Source: Alphaproteobacteria bacterium (GTDB lineage Bacteria; Pseudomonadota; Alphaproteobacteria; JAAXGF01). From it: DNA of 64,000 bases. How positions within the stretch are numbered: position 1 is the stretch's first letter; each line of letters starts with the position of its first letter. Shown in pieces: positions 61,096 to 64,000 of this stretch. The notes under the pieces were generated by a model. That model did no database searches. It was not told the DNA's origin and saw only the letters and a program-made list of their open reading frames with translations. Both the position numbers and the translations under genes were made by a program. The stretch covers positions 2,752,001 through 2,816,000 of the forward strand of contig CAUVXB020000002.1 in the NCBI GenBank assembly GCA_963555825.3. Reading direction: 5' to 3'.

Positions 61096-61689
61096 ATGGA
61101 ACTGAATTCAGAACACACGATCAATGCGCCGCGAGAGGCGGTATTCGCGGCGCTCAACGACCCGGAAATCCTGCGCCAATGCATTCCCGGCTGCGAAAGC
61201 CTGGACAAGGAATCCGACACCGAGATGTCGGCAATGGTCACCCTGAAGATTGGTCCGGTTAAAGCCAGGTTCAAAGGACGGGTCGAGATATCGAACCTGG
61301 TTCCCCCGGAGAGTTATTCCATTTCCGGGCAGGGAAGCGGGGGCGCATCGGGTTTCGCGAAGGGCGGCGCCGACATTACATTGATCGAAATCGGCGACGC
61401 GACCCTCCTCCAATACGAGGTCAAAGCCGAAGTGGGTGGCCGTCTCGCGCAGTTGGGCGGCCGGCTCATCGAGTCCACGGCAACGGTCCTTTCGCGAAAA
61501 TTTTTTGAGCGATTCTGCGAATTGGTGGAAGGCGAAAAAGCGGCCGATCTAGACACCGGGGATGCCGCCCAGGACACGGTTGTTACGTCCCATGAGGACA
61601 AAACAGAGGGGAGAACCTGGATTTGGATCGGCGCCGGGGTTGCTGCTCTGATCGCCGTCCTCGCCATAATATTTTCGACCAGCGGATGA
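61096..61689 (+). CDS. coxG: SRPBCC-family membrane-anchored CoxG
   Basis: CIPGC, GPVKARF, GGRLAQLGGRLI; C-terminal TM. Confidence 0.9.
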   Translation: MELNSEHTINAPREAVFAALNDPEILRQCIPGCESLDKESDTEMSAMVTLKIGPVKARFKGRVEISNLVPPESYSISGQGSGGASGFAKGGADITLIEIGDATLLQYEVKAEVGGRLAQLGGRLIESTATVLSRKFFERFCELVEGEKAADLDTGDAAQDTVVTSHEDKTEGRTWIWIGAGVAALIAVLAIIFSTSG

Positions 61690-61699
61690 TTTCGAAGCC

Positions 61700-62374
61700 T
61701 CAGGCAATGATGGCCTGATAGGCCTCCCGAGTGTCAATGTCGCGGATAAAATTTGGATTGTTCATCTCGATTGGGGCGACCAGGGCTGGATTGTCACGGA
61801 TCAGGTTGCGGCACCCGAATGTCATCCCCCGCTCCAGGATTTCGTCCTTGAGGAACGCCGGAAAAATAATCGGGTTCCCGCGTTCACCCTTTACCGTCGG
61901 CACGGCGACCTGACCCCGGGTAAGCGAGGCCGAGGCCGCGATGAGACTGCGATAGTCCTCGGGCGAAAGCAGCGGTTGATCGGCTAGGCAGATCATGACA
62001 GCGTCGGAGCCCGGGGAGACGGCGGCTAAGCCTGCGTGAACCGACGTCATCTGTCCGTCCGTGTAGCGGCCATTGAAAACACATGTACAAGACAGGCCGC
62101 GGAGCGCCTCAGCTACCCTTTCGCAATCATGGCCCAGCACGACGACAAGCTCGCAAACGCCGCATCCCAGAATCGCCTCGGCGGTCCTGCGAACCATGGG
62201 TACGCCCCCCACTTCCAGCAGCAGCTTGTTCGCATCGACCATGCGTTCAGACAGGCCCGCGGCCAGCAGGACAGCGGCAATTCCGCGCGGCGTGGCCTCG
62301 TCCGTCATAAACTGTTGCTCGGAGGCTCCTGCCCGGCGCCCGCCCGTCGCGGGCATCGACTTCTCTCCCATCAC
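61700..62374 (-). CDS. mocA: Molybdenum cofactor cytidylyltransferase-like (start may be further downstream)
   Basis: LLAAGLSERM..KLL, LADQP, GNP, DIDT. Confidence 0.82.
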   Translation of the reverse strand: MMGEKSMPATGGRRAGASEQQFMTDEATPRGIAAVLLAAGLSERMVDANKLLLEVGGVPMVRRTAEAILGCGVCELVVVLGHDCERVAEALRGLSCTCVFNGRYTDGQMTSVHAGLAAVSPGSDAVMICLADQPLLSPEDYRSLIAASASLTRGQVAVPTVKGERGNPIIFPAFLKDEILERGMTFGCRNLIRDNPALVAPIEMNNPNFIRDIDTREAYQAIIA

Positions 62375-62488
62375 GTCCTTCCTGGTATTCTTGTTATCGA
62401 TGTTCGAACTTCATGGTCGCGCTATCAGGTCGGAAAGTCGAGTCCACGGTCGGCCTTTTGCTCCGTGCCCCAATGACCGCTTTGGGTC

Positions 62489-64000
62489 CAGCCTGTGTAG
62501 AAACGCACGCTGCGTCATCTGTACGGCGCGTCTCTGGGTTTGGATGATCTGTCGAGACGGGTTTTCCGGGATTATGGATTTTCGCCGCTCGTGCGGGCAT
62601 GTCGGCCGGTTGGAGCCGGTGTGAGGTGTATTTCGGCCGGATCGGGGCGCAATTTGCGGCGCAGAGAGGCCTATGCCGCCCTCATTGCCGCGATCAGTGG
62701 GTCGATGCCCAGGATGTTCATGACGCGCTTGAGATTGTAGGCCAGCACGTGCAGGGCCATCTCGGTCCTCACCCGTTTCAGCGTCTTCGTCTGGAAATGC
62801 GTCGCGCCCATCCAGGACTTGATGGTGCCGAAGGGATGCTCGGCCGTCTCGCGCCGCCGACGCATCGCCTCCGGGTGCTCGTCGAGCCGCCTCTCGACGG
62901 CCTCGAGAACATGCTCGTGCTGCCAGCGGGTGATGCGGCGCTGCTTGGCCGTGGTGCAGCGATGCTTGATGGCGCATCCCTGACAGGCGTTGGTCCAGTA
63001 GCGCCGCATGCTCAGCCCCCTCTCCTGGCTGGTGAAGCGGTAGACCAAACGCTCGCCGGCCGGGCAGCGATAGACATCGTCGGCGGCCAGATAGACGAAG
63101 TCCTGTTTGCCGAAGCGGCCCTTGGCCTTGGCTCCAGAGGTCAGCGGCTTAGGCAATGTGACGGTGATGCCGGCCTCATCGCAGGCCAGAATCTCCTTGC
63201 CGTTGTAGTAGCCGCGATCGGCAACGACATCCAACTCGTCGGTCTCCAGAGCCGCCTTGGTCCGCTTCGCCATGGCTAAGAGCTGGGCGCGGTCAGTGCC
63301 CTGATTGGTCACCTCGTGGGCAACGATCAGGTGGTGCTTGGTGTCGACGGCGGCCTGAACGTTGTAGCCCACCACGCCGGAACCCCGGCCGCTCGTCGCC
63401 ATCGAGCGGGCATCGGGATCGCTCAGAGAGATCTGCTGGTCCGGGCTCGCACGCCGCTCGACTTCAAGCGCCTTCAGGCGCCGCATCTCCTGCTTGAGGA
63501 TCGCAATCTTGTCGGCCAGACGAGCGGTCTTGGTCGTCCGCGCCAGCGACGGCTCTTGCCGGTCGGCGCTGTCCAGTTGCGCCAGATAGCGCCCGACGCT
63601 CTCCTCGATCTGCGCCACCCGCCGCGCCATCTTGGCCCGCGTGAAGTTCCTGTCCCGGCTGTTGACCGCCTTGAACTTGCTGCCATCGATCGCCACGCTC
63701 GCCTCGGCGAACAGCTCGAGCCGGCGGCACAGCGCGACGAACCGGGCGCAGACCTTGCGGATCGCTCCGCCGTTGTCCTTACGGAAGTCGGCGATCGTCT
63801 TGTGATCCGGCACCAGCCGACCGACCAGCCACATCACTTCCACGTTGCGCCCGGCCTCCCGTTCCAGCCGACGGCTCGACTGAACCCGGTTGAGATAGCC
63901 GTAGATGTAGAGCTTCAACAAATCGCAAGGATGATAGGCCGGCCTGCCGGTCGCCAGCGGCTCGACCCGGTCGAACCCGAGACCCCCAAGATCGAGCTCA
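62489..64000 (-). mobile_element. IS1182-family element, 5' end outside window (transposase stop at 62671)
   Basis: GRPAY..KLYIYGY, PDHKTIADFR, IDGSKF, ADRGY, EHPFGTIK; end GTTTCTACACAGGCTG. Confidence 0.92.

Overview
GC-rich, alphaproteobacterial-looking accessory region. More than 20 intact, nested or truncated IS (IS6, IS1380, IS256, IS3, IS1182, IS21, IS1595, IS630, an rve-type element) separate five islands. (1) 1.5-6.5 kb: a plasmid/ICE leading-region-like block with ssb, small ORFs behind structured leaders, a four-repeat zinc-finger protein and an HTH gene. (2) 12.8-19.6 kb: a conjugation remnant joining type-IVB-like traV/traW/dotA(traY) genes to a VirD4/TraG-type coupling protein, followed by a PLD-fold gene and a helicase scrap. 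(3) 23.5-35.1 kb: a methylated-amine catabolic cluster with a broken TMAO-demethylase-like gene, membrane dipeptidase, 551-aa unknown, DUF3726, Liv-type ABC transporter and SDR. (4) 39.8-44.2 kb: an outer-membrane barrel and hypotheticals. (5) 54.3-62.4 kb: a complete form I aerobic CO dehydrogenase cluster (coxMSLDEFG, mocA). A group II intron sits just after the catalytic D-E codons of an IS6 transposase. No tRNA, rRNA or CRISPR array was seen. All family calls come from motif recognition by eye, not database searches.
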